Origin: Escherichia phage vB_EcoM_G50
Direction: 5' to 3' (one strand)
Length of the DNA stretch: 64,000 nt
Sequence record: NC_054917.1
Positions 9,689-19,953 of the stretch are shown here, one piece after another (the stretch's first letter is position 1; the number at the start of each line of letters is the position of its first letter). Below the pieces are notes generated by a model. It saw only the letters and a list, made by a program, of their open reading frames with translations, did not search any database and had not been told where the DNA came from. Made by a program: the position numbers and the translations under genes.

Positions 9689-10863
9689 TGAGTATGTTGC
9701 AACGCCCAGGATATCCAAATCTCAGCGTTAAATTGTTTGATAGCTACGACGCTTGGAGTAATAATAGATTTGTTGAATTAGCTGCTACTATTACCACATT
9801 AACTATGCGGGATTCTCTTTATGGTCGAAATGAAGGAATGCTGCAGTTTTATGATTCTAAAAACATCCATACAAAAATGGATGGAAATGAAATAATTCAG
9901 ATTTCTGTAGCTAATGCAAACGATATTAATAATGTTAAAACAAGAATTTATGGATGTAAGCATTTTTCCGTGTCAGTAGATTCAAAGGGTGATAACATCA
10001 TTGCTATTGAATTGGGAACTATTCATTCTATAGAAAATCTTAAATTTGGCAGACCGTTTTTCCCTGATGCAGGTGAATCTATAAAGGAAATGCTTGGTGT
10101 CATTTATCAAGACCGTACGCTATTGACTCCACCTATAAATGCTATAAATGCTTATGTTCCTGATATTCCGTGGACTAGTACATTTGAAAACTATTTGTCA
10201 TATGTCAGAGAAGTTGCTCTAGCTGTAGGAAGTGACAAATTTGTGTTTGTGTGGCAAGACATCATGGGAGTTAACATGATGGACTATGATATGATGATAA
10301 ATCAAGAACCGTATCCAATGATTGTCGGTGAGCCATCTTTAATAGGTCAATTCATCCAAGAATTAAAATATCCATTAGCATATGATTTCGTTTGGTTGAC
10401 TAAATCGAATCCTCACAAACGCGACCCAATGAAAAACGCTACCATCTACGCGCATTCATTTTTAGATTCTTCATTGCCAATGATTACTACAGGAAAAGGC
10501 GAAAACTCTATTGTAGTGTCAAGGTCAGGTGCTTATTCTGAAATGACTTATAGGAATGGATATGAAGAAGCTATTCGTCTTCAAACTATGGCGCAATACG
10601 ATGGCTATGCTAAATGTTCTACTGTCGGTAATTTTAACTTGACTCCTGGCGTTAAAATTATTTTTAATGATAGTAAAAACCAATTTAAAACAGAATTTTA
10701 CGTTGATGAAGTCATCCATGAATTATCAAATAATAATTCAGTAACTCATCTATATATGTTCACTAATGCAACGAAACTGGAAACAATAGACCCAGTTAAG
10801 GTTAAAAATGAATTTAAATCTGATACTACCACTGAAGAAAGTAGTTCTTCCAATAAGCAATAA
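9688..10863 (+). CDS. 27: Baseplate hub protein gp27
   Basis: 391 aa, size and position as T4 gp27; start overlaps gene 51 stop. Confidence 0.9.
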   Translation: MSMLQRPGYPNLSVKLFDSYDAWSNNRFVELAATITTLTMRDSLYGRNEGMLQFYDSKNIHTKMDGNEIIQISVANANDINNVKTRIYGCKHFSVSVDSKGDNIIAIELGTIHSIENLKFGRPFFPDAGESIKEMLGVIYQDRTLLTPPINAINAYVPDIPWTSTFENYLSYVREVALAVGSDKFVFVWQDIMGVNMMDYDMMINQEPYPMIVGEPSLIGQFIQELKYPLAYDFVWLTKSNPHKRDPMKNATIYAHSFLDSSLPMITTGKGENSIVVSRSGAYSEMTYRNGYEEAIRLQTMAQYDGYAKCSTVGNFNLTPGVKIIFNDSKNQFKTEFYVDEVIHELSNNNSVTHLYMFTNATKLETIDPVKVKNEFKSDTTTEESSSSNKQ

Positions 10864-11341
10864 AGAAGTTTCTATTCCTAAAATGGGTCTTAAACACTAT
10901 AACATTTTAAAAGATGTTAAAGGTCCTGATGAAAATTTAAAACTTCTTATTGATTCTATTTGTCCGAATTTATCACCGGCAGAAGTTGATTTCGTTTCTA
11001 TTCATTTATTGGAATTTAATGGAAAGATTAAATCTCGCAAAGAAATAGATGGTTATACTTATGACATTAATGATGTTTATGTATGCCAAAGATTGGAATT
11101 TCAATACCAAGGAAATACATTTTATTTTAGACCTCCTGGAAAATTTGAACAATTTTTAACGGTGAGCGATATGTTATCCAAATGCTTGCTTAAGGTCAAT
11201 GATGAAGTTAAAGAAATTAATTTTCTTGAGATGCCAGCATTCGTTTTAAAATGGGCAAATGATATTTTTACAACTTTAGCAATTCCTGGCCCTAATGGTC
11301 CAATAACCGGAATTGGCAATATTATTGGATTATTTGAATGA
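10808..11341 (+). CDS. 28: Baseplate hub distal subunit gp28
   Basis: 177 aa, overlaps 3' end of gene 27 in another frame as in T4. Confidence 0.85.
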   Translation: MNLNLILPLKKVVLPISNKEVSIPKMGLKHYNILKDVKGPDENLKLLIDSICPNLSPAEVDFVSIHLLEFNGKIKSRKEIDGYTYDINDVYVCQRLEFQYQGNTFYFRPPGKFEQFLTVSDMLSKCLLKVNDEVKEINFLEMPAFVLKWANDIFTTLAIPGPNGPITGIGNIIGLFE

Positions 11342-13110
11342 AAAAGCCACAAGAAATGCAAACGATGCGTAGAAAAGTTATTTCAGATAATAAACCAACA
11401 CAGGAAGCGGCTAAATCCGCTTCTAACACTTTATCTGGACTTAACGATATATCTACGAAATTGGATGATGCTCAAGCTGCTTCTGAATTAATTGCTCAAA
11501 CTGTCGAAGAAAAATCGAATGAAATAATTGGAGCAATTGACAACGTAGAAAGCGCAGTGAGTGATACTACTGCCGGTTCTGAGTTAATTGCTGAAACTGT
11601 CGAAATTGGCAATAATATTAATAAAGAAATCGGTGAATCACTCGGGAGCAAATTAGATAAATTAACAAGTTTACTAGAACAAAAAATTCAGACAGCCGGA
11701 ATTCAACAAACAGGAACTAGTTTAGCTACGGTTGAAAGCGCTATTCCTGTTAAAGTTGTTGAGGATGATACAGCTGAATCTGTGGGTCCTTTATTACCGG
11801 CTCCTGAAGCAGTTAATAATGATCCTGATGCTGATTTTTTCCCTACCCCTCAGCCAGTTGAACCTAAACAAGAATCGCCAGAAGAAAAACAGAAAAAAGA
11901 CGCATTTAACTTAAAATTATCTCAAGCTTTAGATAAATTAACAAAGACTGTTGATTTCGGATTTAAGAAATCTATTTCAATTACTGATAAAATATCAAGC
12001 ATGCTATTTAAGTATACCGTCAGTGCTGCTATTGAAGCTGCTAAAATGACTGCAATGATATTGGCTGTTGTTGTTGGAATAGATCTGCTGATGGTTCACT
12101 TTAAATATTGGTCAGATAAATTTTCGCAGGCTTGGGATTTGTTTAGTTCAAACTTTACTAAATTCTCTAGCGAAACCGGAACATGGGGTCCTTTATTACA
12201 GAGCATCTTTAGTTCTATTGATGAAATTAAAAAATTCTGGGAAGAGGGAGATTGGGGCGGTTTGACGGTAGCTATTGTAGAAGGGCTTGGAAAGGTTCTT
12301 TATAATTTAGGTGAACTTATTCAATTAGGTATGGCTAAATTATCTGCGGCAATTCTTCGAGTCATTCCTGGTATGAAGGATACTGCTGATGAAGTAGAAG
12401 GAAGAGCACTAGAAAATTTCCAAAATTCTACTGGAGCATCTCTCAATAAAGAAGACCAGGAAAAAGTTGCAAATTATCAAGATAAACGAATGAACGGAGA
12501 CCTTGGTCCGATAGCAAAAGGATTAGATAAAATTGCTAATTGGAAAACTCGTGCATCTAACTGGATTCGTGGCGTTGATAATAAAGAAGCACTAACTACC
12601 GACGAAGAACGCGCAGCAGAAGAAGAAAAATTAAAGCAACTTTCACCAGAAGAAAGAAAAAATGCTTTAATGAAGGCTAATGAAGCTCGGGCCGCGATGA
12701 TTCGTTTTGAAAAATATGCTGATTCAGCTGATATGAGTAAAGACTCAACGGTTAAATCAGTTGAAGCTGCCTATGAAGACCTTAAAAAACGGATGGATGA
12801 CCCGGATTTAAATAATTCACCGGCAGTTAAAAAAGAACTTGCTGCTAGATTTTCTAAAATTGATGCTACTTATCAAGAGCTCAAGAAAAATCAGCCTAAT
12901 GCCAAACCTGAAACTTCTGCTAAATCGCCAGAAGCAAAACAAGTCCAGGTAATAGAAAAGAACAAAGCACAGCAAGCTCCTGTTCAACAAGCATCTCCTT
13001 CGATCAATAATACTAATAACGTTGTTAAGAAAAATACTGTCGTTCATAATATGACACCCGTAACGAGCACGACTGCTCCTGGTGTATTTGATGCGACTGG
13101 AGTTAATTAA
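11338..13110 (+). CDS. 29: Baseplate hub / tail length determinant gp29
   Basis: 590 aa, same size and position as T4 gp29; internal hydrophobic segment. Confidence 0.9.
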   Translation: MKKPQEMQTMRRKVISDNKPTQEAAKSASNTLSGLNDISTKLDDAQAASELIAQTVEEKSNEIIGAIDNVESAVSDTTAGSELIAETVEIGNNINKEIGESLGSKLDKLTSLLEQKIQTAGIQQTGTSLATVESAIPVKVVEDDTAESVGPLLPAPEAVNNDPDADFFPTPQPVEPKQESPEEKQKKDAFNLKLSQALDKLTKTVDFGFKKSISITDKISSMLFKYTVSAAIEAAKMTAMILAVVVGIDLLMVHFKYWSDKFSQAWDLFSSNFTKFSSETGTWGPLLQSIFSSIDEIKKFWEEGDWGGLTVAIVEGLGKVLYNLGELIQLGMAKLSAAILRVIPGMKDTADEVEGRALENFQNSTGASLNKEDQEKVANYQDKRMNGDLGPIAKGLDKIANWKTRASNWIRGVDNKEALTTDEERAAEEEKLKQLSPEERKNALMKANEARAAMIRFEKYADSADMSKDSTVKSVEAAYEDLKKRMDDPDLNNSPAVKKELAARFSKIDATYQELKKNQPNAKPETSAKSPEAKQVQVIEKNKAQQAPVQQASPSINNTNNVVKKNTVVHNMTPVTSTTAPGVFDATGVN

Positions 13111-13118
13111 GGAATAAT

Positions 13119-14213
13119 ATGGCAATTGTTAAAGAAATAACTGCTGATTTAATTAAAAAGTCCGGTGAGAAAATTTCAGCCGGACAGAGTACTAAATCAG
13201 AAGTAGCAACTAAAACATACACTGCCCAGTTTCCAACTGGGCGTGCTAGTGGTAATGACACTACAGGGGACTTCCAGGTAACAGATCTATATAAGAATGG
13301 ATTATTATTTACTGCATACAATATGTCATCTAGGGATTCTGGAAGTCTTAGATCGATGAGATCTAACTACTCTTCTTCATCTTCGAGTATTTTAAGTACA
13401 GCTAGAAACACTATTAGTAGTACAGTATCAAAACTATCAAATGGATTAATATCAAACAATAATTCAGGAACAATAAGTAAAGCTCCTGTGGCAAATATTC
13501 TTTTACCGAGATCTAAATCTGATGTTGATACATCATCACATAGATTTAATGATGTTCAAGAAAGTCTTATCAGCAGAGGCGGAGGTACTGCTACTGGCGT
13601 GTTAAGTAATATTGCTTCAACTGCAGTATTTGGTGCGCTAGAAAGTATAACACAAGGTATAATGGCTGATAATAATGAACAGATTTATACGACAGCCAGA
13701 AGTATGTATGGCGGTGCTGAGAATAGAACTAAAGTGTTTACATGGGATTTGACTCCACGTTCAACAGAAGATTTAATGGCTATTATTAATATCTATCAAT
13801 ATTTTAACTATTTTTCTTATGGTGAAACGGGTAAATCTCAATATGCTGCTGAAATAAAGGGGTATTTAGATGATTGGTATCGTTCTACGTTAATTGAACC
13901 TTTATCTCCGGAAGACGCGGCTAAAAATAAAACACTATTTGAGAAAATGACATCGAGTTTAACTAACGTTCTAGTAGTTTCAAACCCGACAATTTGGATG
14001 GTGAAAAACTTTGGTGCAACATCTAAGTTTGATGGAAAAACGGAAATATTTGGCCCATGCCAAATACAGAGCATCAGATTTGATAAAACACCTAATGGTA
14101 ACTTTAACGGATTAGCTATTGCTCCAAACCTCCCTAGTACATTTACTCTTGAGATTACTATGAGAGAAATTATCACGTTAAACCGTGCTTCTTTATATGC
14201 GGGGACTTTTTAA
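13119..14213 (+). CDS. 48: Baseplate tail-tube junction protein gp48
   Basis: 364 aa, size and position as T4 gp48. Confidence 0.9.
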   Translation: MAIVKEITADLIKKSGEKISAGQSTKSEVATKTYTAQFPTGRASGNDTTGDFQVTDLYKNGLLFTAYNMSSRDSGSLRSMRSNYSSSSSSILSTARNTISSTVSKLSNGLISNNNSGTISKAPVANILLPRSKSDVDTSSHRFNDVQESLISRGGGTATGVLSNIASTAVFGALESITQGIMADNNEQIYTTARSMYGGAENRTKVFTWDLTPRSTEDLMAIINIYQYFNYFSYGETGKSQYAAEIKGYLDDWYRSTLIEPLSPEDAAKNKTLFEKMTSSLTNVLVVSNPTIWMVKNFGATSKFDGKTEIFGPCQIQSIRFDKTPNGNFNGLAIAPNLPSTFTLEITMREIITLNRASLYAGTF

Positions 14214-15178
14214 TGTATTCTTTAGAGGAATTTAATAATCAAGCAATAAACGCAGATTTCCAACGTAATAATATGTTTAGCTGCGTTTTTGCGACAACTC
14301 CATCAACTAAAAGCTCTTCGTTGATAAGTTCAATTAGCAACTTTTCTTATAATAACTTGGGCCTAAATTCAGATTGGTTAGGATTAACTCAAGGCGATAT
14401 TAATCAGGGAATTACCACGCTAATTACTGCTGGCACACAAAAACTGATAAGAAAATCAGGGGTTAGTAAATATCTTATTGGTGCCATGAGTCAACGCACA
14501 GTTCAAAGTTTATTGGGCTCATTTACAGTTGGTACATATTTAATTGATTTCTTTAATATGGCATATAACTCATCTGGATTGATGATATACTCTGTAAAAA
14601 TGCCAGAGAATAGATTATCCTATGAAACTGACTGGAACTATAATTCTCCTAATATTCGTATAACTGGGAGAGAATTAGACCCTTTGGTTATTTCATTTAG
14701 AATGGATTCAGAAGCTTGTAACTATCGTGCAATGCAAGACTGGGTTAACGCTGTTCAAGACCCAGTAACTGGATTGCGTGCTTTGCCGCAAGATGTCGAG
14801 GCAGATATTCAGGTTAATCTTCATGCTCGTAATGGATTACCTCATACTGCTGTGATGTTCACTGGATGCATTCCAGTGTCAGTGAGTGCTCCTGAGTTAT
14901 CATATGATGGAGATAACCAAATAACTACATTTGATGTTACTTTTGCGTATAGAGTCATGCAGGCTGGGTCAGTTGATAGACAAGCTGCGCTTGAATGGCT
15001 TGAATCTGCTGCTATAAATGGCATTCAAAGCGTTCTCGGAAATAGTGGAGGTGTTACTGGACTATCTAATTCGCTTTCACGACTTAGTAGATTAGGAGGA
15101 ACTGCGGGAAGCATTTCAAACATTAATACTATGACGGGAATTGTCAACTCGCAAAGTAAAATATTAGGAGCAATATAA
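14213..15178 (+). CDS. 54: Baseplate tail-tube initiator gp54
   Basis: 321-aa ORF following gene 48, size and position as T4 gp54. Confidence 0.9.
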   Translation: MYSLEEFNNQAINADFQRNNMFSCVFATTPSTKSSSLISSISNFSYNNLGLNSDWLGLTQGDINQGITTLITAGTQKLIRKSGVSKYLIGAMSQRTVQSLLGSFTVGTYLIDFFNMAYNSSGLMIYSVKMPENRLSYETDWNYNSPNIRITGRELDPLVISFRMDSEACNYRAMQDWVNAVQDPVTGLRALPQDVEADIQVNLHARNGLPHTAVMFTGCIPVSVSAPELSYDGDNQITTFDVTFAYRVMQAGSVDRQAALEWLESAAINGIQSVLGNSGGVTGLSNSLSRLSRLGGTAGSISNINTMTGIVNSQSKILGAI

Positions 15179-15182
15179 CAAT

Positions 15183-15210
15183 GGGGACCGAAAGGTCCCC
15201 ATATTTTTAT
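15183..15210. terminator. Bidirectional terminator hairpin between gene 54 and the 96-aa ORF
   Basis: ggggacc-gaaa-ggtcccc followed by T-rich tract. Confidence 0.55.
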
Positions 15211-15497
15211 TTACGGAATGAAATAAAAGCAGCAACTGAAGCAACTAAACTGTCTTCAATATAAACTTCAATTTTTACCGGAGCTTCTGACTCAAATTTA
15301 CCTGTTACTACACCTTGGAAAATACTTTCAGTCTGCTCTGGCTTTGAAAAATTTTCAGAAGGAAAAATTCCGAACTTTTTATCTGTTCCAAAAATTTTGA
15401 TAAATTCATCGTAAACTGCTTCATTAAAAGCATTATCAGCAGGAATAACGCCTTCAACTACAAGTTCTTGACCTAAAAAGCGTAAAGAAGATTTCAT
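15207..15497 (-). CDS. Hypothetical protein (T4 alt.-3 position)
   Basis: 96-aa ORF with GAGGAA Shine-Dalgarno; early-type promoter immediately upstream. Confidence 0.65.
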   Translation of the reverse strand: MKSSLRFLGQELVVEGVIPADNAFNEAVYDEFIKIFGTDKKFGIFPSENFSKPEQTESIFQGVVTGKFESEAPVKIEVYIEDSLVASVAAFISFRK

Positions 15498-15528
15498 TTT
15501 GTGTTCCTCATGTTATGTAAGTAAAATT

Positions 15529-15558
15529 ATTATAACACAACACGAGGGACTTGTAAAC
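15529..15558 (-). promoter_or_regulatory. Early-type promoter (-10 TATAAT, -35 GTTTAC) for the 96-aa ORF
   Basis: Plus strand attata ... 18 nt ... gtaaac; part of a ~56-bp segment nearly identical to 31281-31336. Confidence 0.45.
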
Positions 15559-17615
15559 TACATTTTGAACTTTTTAGACATTCCGTTGATGTTAACCAAA
15601 GAAGCCAAGATTTGAGAAACTTCGTTTTCCTCTTCTTTTGATTCTTCTACAAGGAATTGATTAAATCCAGCCATTGGACGAACTTCACCAGTTTCCATCA
15701 GATGATCGCCATCATATACCGATTCTTCTAATTGTTCAGAAGGAGGAACGATTGTGCCTTCGATTAAATACTTGTTATAAGCAGTTTCTTTCATCATGTA
15801 CGTGCTCACTTTATTAATCTTCAGCAAAATTCCACGCGGTAAAATAACTTCAGCTTCTGATGGAAATCCTGATAAATGACCTGGAACGATAACTTTGATT
15901 CGCTCAGCTCCTTTTATTACCATACCTACGCTAGTTTCAGCATCTTCATTAGCATATGCGGAATGACTACCCGTATGCATTAAATCTTCAGCATCAACTG
16001 AACCTTCTCCTTCACCAGAAAATACTGCACTGGAATCATCTAGGGCCATATAGTTTTTACCATACTCACCGAAGATATTTGGTTTAAGCGATGTGGATAC
16101 GAAGTTCTTGAAATAGAACATTTTATTTTCAATATTATGACGTAAAGTTTTAAAGGTAACTTCTTGTCCACGGTAAAGTGTAGTTCCTGGAGGAAGAACT
16201 GATCCTTTGGCAAAGGCAGAATCCATTGTCTCGATGTGTTTAATAGCTCGTTCCATGTATTCTTCACGGGTAGAATCTGGTTTACCCAAGAGGAACGAGT
16301 TCATTTCAACATATGAATCTGCACAATAATCTTCAATTACATCGGACTCAGCCTGAGTTAATCCTTTTGGGGGTACTTCAGTACTTGCATATTCATACGC
16401 TTGAGAAGCAGACTCATTAATCAATTTATAAATGCCATTCATGACAAATTGAATAATAGCTACCTTTTCATCTGGCGTGGCTTTAGAACCTTTAACTAAA
16501 TCATTGACAATTTTCTTAATAACATCAAAGCTATTAGAAATATTAATGTCAGCGAGATCGCTTAAAATTTTATCAGTTTTATAATCAAAAAATTCTTTAT
16601 TCTTTAAATATTCCTGAGAACCTTGATATGTTATATCGCTCTGTAACTTGATAGATGGATCACGTAAACGTGCATGAGCCAATGCAATATGATTTCGGAA
16701 GCTTTCTAATTCATAATCGCTAGATTTAAAACGAGAAGCACTTCTCATACCACCGATAGCTCCTTTGCTGAAGTTTGAACCAACCTGAATAACGCCAGAG
16801 TTCATTGGTCCTTCTGCTTTATATACCGGAACTTTAGATTCAAACTCTTGATATTTCTTAGCAGCGAAGCTATCACCCTGAAGTGAAGCATCGACAGTAG
16901 AATATTGAGCTTGTGCTGCTAATCGACGACTAATTTTAGTTTTCTGAATAACAGCTTGATCCGTACGCTTATCATTTTCTAAAGCAATAGAAGCAGCAAC
17001 AGCAACAGCTTTAGGAACAGCATTACCTGTTTTAACGTCTACATAAACATCACCAACCTTTGATTCAACCTTTGTGAATAACTCAGTTGAAATAGGAGGT
17101 ACACCTGGAATGTCTTCTAAATTGGCATTTTTACGGTAAACCATAATATATGTGTACTTTTTATCGTAATCCCAGATTTCCTTTAAAAGAACATATCGAC
17201 CTGCTCCTTTAGTACGCACTAAACGATCGGCAATAACTTGCATTTGACGAGCTGCACCGTTTGTTTTACTCTTTAATACGCGGAATAGGCATGCGTCAAT
17301 TTTGTACTGTTTCATTGTCTGAAGAGCAGTATCAAAAACCGCATTAATGACACCAATTGGATTTCCACCTAAGTTTTTAAGTTTAACTAATGATAGTTTC
17401 TCATTAACGCCTATCATTACGATATGCATCATTTTATCGCCTGGCTTAACGTTTTTATTTGTATCACCGCCAGAGGTGTATGTACAAAATCTAAATCCAG
17501 GAAGCACACTTTCTTCACCGGCTTGAATAGCAAAAATTTGAGGTATTTTATGCTTAGGATTTAAGTTAACAACCGGCGCCGAAGCGCCGTCAAATAATTC
17601 TGTAATAAGTTCCAT
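15558..17615 (-). CDS. Alt-like ADP-ribosyltransferase, second full-length paralog
   Basis: 685 aa; N-terminal ~300 aa closely parallel the adjacent Alt (MELITELFD..., CTYTSGGDTN, YKIDAC, QVIADRL); C-terminal ART signature YRG ... NFVSTSL ... AEVILPRG. Confidence 0.85.
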   Translation of the reverse strand: MELITELFDGASAPVVNLNPKHKIPQIFAIQAGEESVLPGFRFCTYTSGGDTNKNVKPGDKMMHIVMIGVNEKLSLVKLKNLGGNPIGVINAVFDTALQTMKQYKIDACLFRVLKSKTNGAARQMQVIADRLVRTKGAGRYVLLKEIWDYDKKYTYIMVYRKNANLEDIPGVPPISTELFTKVESKVGDVYVDVKTGNAVPKAVAVAASIALENDKRTDQAVIQKTKISRRLAAQAQYSTVDASLQGDSFAAKKYQEFESKVPVYKAEGPMNSGVIQVGSNFSKGAIGGMRSASRFKSSDYELESFRNHIALAHARLRDPSIKLQSDITYQGSQEYLKNKEFFDYKTDKILSDLADINISNSFDVIKKIVNDLVKGSKATPDEKVAIIQFVMNGIYKLINESASQAYEYASTEVPPKGLTQAESDVIEDYCADSYVEMNSFLLGKPDSTREEYMERAIKHIETMDSAFAKGSVLPPGTTLYRGQEVTFKTLRHNIENKMFYFKNFVSTSLKPNIFGEYGKNYMALDDSSAVFSGEGEGSVDAEDLMHTGSHSAYANEDAETSVGMVIKGAERIKVIVPGHLSGFPSEAEVILPRGILLKINKVSTYMMKETAYNKYLIEGTIVPPSEQLEESVYDGDHLMETGEVRPMAGFNQFLVEESKEEENEVSQILASLVNINGMSKKFKM

Positions 17616-17618
17616 GAT

Positions 17619-19715
17619 TTATCCTTGAACGAACTTGTAAGGCATGTTTGTAATATCTATGCAAGACGCAATAATTCCAAGAGATGATTCTACTTTCTGT
17701 TTAACATTTGATGAAACAAACGATGCAAAGTCAACTCTGTCTTCTATTTCAATATCATCTGTCATTGCAACTACTTCACCGGTTTCCATTAGACGGTCAC
17801 CGTCATAAATGACTGATTCGGTGAGCTCTTCTGTAGTCATAACTTCAGCTTGAATGAGTTTTGTATTATTAGATGTTGTTCCGTCATTATTAGAAGCATC
17901 AGTTATTTTATTAACTTTGACCATCAATCCGCGTGGTAGAATAACTTCAGCTTCTGTTGCTATTCCGAGACTTCCTGGATATACAACATTAACTTTATGA
18001 GCTCCATCAATTGCCCATCCTATTTGAACTTTAACGTATTCAGGATTTTCTTTATACGCTCTTATTTCGTTTGGATTAATAGTTATTCCTTCTTCATTTT
18101 TATCAACTGTTAATTCATTACGAGCTTCTGGTTCTAAAAGACCAATACCAGCATGCGTAATTCCAAAACGTCCAAAAATGATAGGAGTTAAAGAAGTAGA
18201 TACAAAATTTCTGAAATAGAACACTTTATTTTTAACTAGCGCTTCGTATATAGGAGCAGTCATACTTTGAGCACGATAAACTGTAATGCCTTCTGGTATA
18301 CGGTCACCATTTTCAAAAGCTGAATCTAAATTATTTATCGCAGATTCAATTTCTTTTTCACTCATTACATCATATCGTTCTGGATTGTAGCGGCCTAAAA
18401 GAAGATTATTGATGTCAGTATATCCTGATCCACAATACTCTCTAATGCCGCGCTTTTGTGATGGAGTATATTTAGAACCATCACGGGCAATAGTAATATC
18501 AATCATTGGACCTGCACCAATTCCAGAAAAGCTATAAATCATTCGTTTGAGGAATTTAGTTTTTGCTGCGTTCCAGGAATTTTTAGTTATTTCTTCCCAG
18601 ACTTCATCTGGCTGTCCTTTACGGGTTTTATTATGTTTATCAAGCCAATTATCTTTATATTCTTCAAAGAATTGATTAACAGCTGCTGCGTATTTCTCTA
18701 AACATTTTATTGAAGTGGTTGGTTCATTTTTAATCGCATTAAGAATTACATCTTTAATTTTTTCAGAAACTTCATTAACCTCACTTTTTGAAAAGAATTT
18801 ATAGTCATAGTGAAGTTCATCTGCGGTTCCTTCGGCAATGATTTTTGCTGCCTTAGTTTTAGAAGCTAATGAATTAATTCCAAGCTTCATTTCTTCTGCT
18901 TCGGGAATTAAAGGAGCTGTAGCAGGTTTATTGAAATTAGCTGCGGTAGATTCATATTTCTGGAATAATTCACTTTCAAATCTAGAAGATTCCAATGACT
19001 GACTTTGCGCAATTGCTCTACGGGAAATTTTAACTTTAACGATTACAGCTTGGTCAGAACGTTTATCGTTTTCTTGCGCAATAGATGCCGCAATTGCCTC
19101 ATTTTTAGTTACTTGAGCTCCAGTATCTTTATTGATATAAACATCGCCGACTTTCGATTCAACTTTAGTAAAGAGCTCGGTACTAATTTCCGGAACTCCT
19201 GGAATGTCTTCTAGTGATACATTTTTGCGATGTATAAGAATATATGCATACTTTTTATCGTAATCCCAGAGTTCCTTAAGAAGGACGTATCTGCCACCTG
19301 AACGACTGCGGATAAGTCTATCAGCAATAACTTGAATTTGTCGAGCTTGACCAGCAGTTTTAGACTTAAGAATACGAAGCATACAGGCATCAATTTTATA
19401 CTGACGCATCGTTTGCATCGCAACAGTAAAAACTGAATTGATGTAATTAATTGGGCTTGGACCGAGACCTTTCAATTTAGCAATTGAACCTTTAGCAGTT
19501 AATGTAAAAGGAACAATGTGCATCATTTTATCGCCCATCTTTAGATCACGGTTAGTATCACCTCCAGATGTATAGGTACATAAACGAAAGCCTGGTTGTT
19601 CAATTGCGTCATCAACATGAACTGAAAAAATTTGCGGTATTTTCTTCTTTGGATTTAAGTTTGTAATCGGAAGAGTAGTATCTTCGTCAAATAATTCTGT
19701 AATGAGTTCCATCAT
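17619..19715 (-). CDS. alt: Alt ADP-ribosyltransferase (head-packaged; modifies host RNA polymerase alpha)
   Basis: 698 aa, MMELITELFDEDTTLPITNLNPKKKIPQIF...; R-S-E type ART motifs (VYRAQ, FVSTSLTP, EAEVILPRG); position upstream of ligase as in T4; late promoter upstream. Confidence 0.9.
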   Translation of the reverse strand: MMELITELFDEDTTLPITNLNPKKKIPQIFSVHVDDAIEQPGFRLCTYTSGGDTNRDLKMGDKMMHIVPFTLTAKGSIAKLKGLGPSPINYINSVFTVAMQTMRQYKIDACMLRILKSKTAGQARQIQVIADRLIRSRSGGRYVLLKELWDYDKKYAYILIHRKNVSLEDIPGVPEISTELFTKVESKVGDVYINKDTGAQVTKNEAIAASIAQENDKRSDQAVIVKVKISRRAIAQSQSLESSRFESELFQKYESTAANFNKPATAPLIPEAEEMKLGINSLASKTKAAKIIAEGTADELHYDYKFFSKSEVNEVSEKIKDVILNAIKNEPTTSIKCLEKYAAAVNQFFEEYKDNWLDKHNKTRKGQPDEVWEEITKNSWNAAKTKFLKRMIYSFSGIGAGPMIDITIARDGSKYTPSQKRGIREYCGSGYTDINNLLLGRYNPERYDVMSEKEIESAINNLDSAFENGDRIPEGITVYRAQSMTAPIYEALVKNKVFYFRNFVSTSLTPIIFGRFGITHAGIGLLEPEARNELTVDKNEEGITINPNEIRAYKENPEYVKVQIGWAIDGAHKVNVVYPGSLGIATEAEVILPRGLMVKVNKITDASNNDGTTSNNTKLIQAEVMTTEELTESVIYDGDRLMETGEVVAMTDDIEIEDRVDFASFVSSNVKQKVESSLGIIASCIDITNMPYKFVQG

Positions 19716-19735
19716 ATCCTCTCTAGTGTTTATTC

Positions 19736-19743
19736 TATTTATA
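19736..19743 (-). promoter_or_regulatory. Late promoter (TATAAATA on minus strand) for alt
   Basis: Plus-strand tatttata ~20 nt upstream of alt start. Confidence 0.55.
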
Positions 19744-19748
19744 AAATT

Positions 19749-19766
19749 AAAGGCCCGAAGGCCTTT
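19749..19766 (-). terminator. Hairpin between ligase operon and alt
   Basis: aaaggcc-cgaa-ggccttt. Confidence 0.45.
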
Positions 19767-19953
19767 AATAATCTAATGGTAAGAGAGTACGATATATTTC
19801 AAACTTTGGACCTTTTTCATAGGCATCAAATGTTTCTGTGAATTTATTATAAGCATATGCATCTATAAATTCAATCATAATTTGTGATACAGAAGTAGAA
19901 ACATCTCCACCTTCTTTTTGAGCAACGACAATTGTTTCTAAGTAAGCTTTCAT
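19765..19953 (-). CDS. Hypothetical protein
   Basis: 62-aa ORF whose start overlaps the ligase stop; terminator hairpin just downstream. Confidence 0.5.
   Translation of the reverse strand: MKAYLETIVVAQKEGGDVSTSVSQIMIEFIDAYAYNKFTETFDAYEKGPKFEIYRTLLPLDY

Noticed and set aside
19005-19423. Short ORFs (19005..19214 plus, 19211..19423 minus) inside alt
   Set aside because: Internal or antisense to the alt coding sequence.
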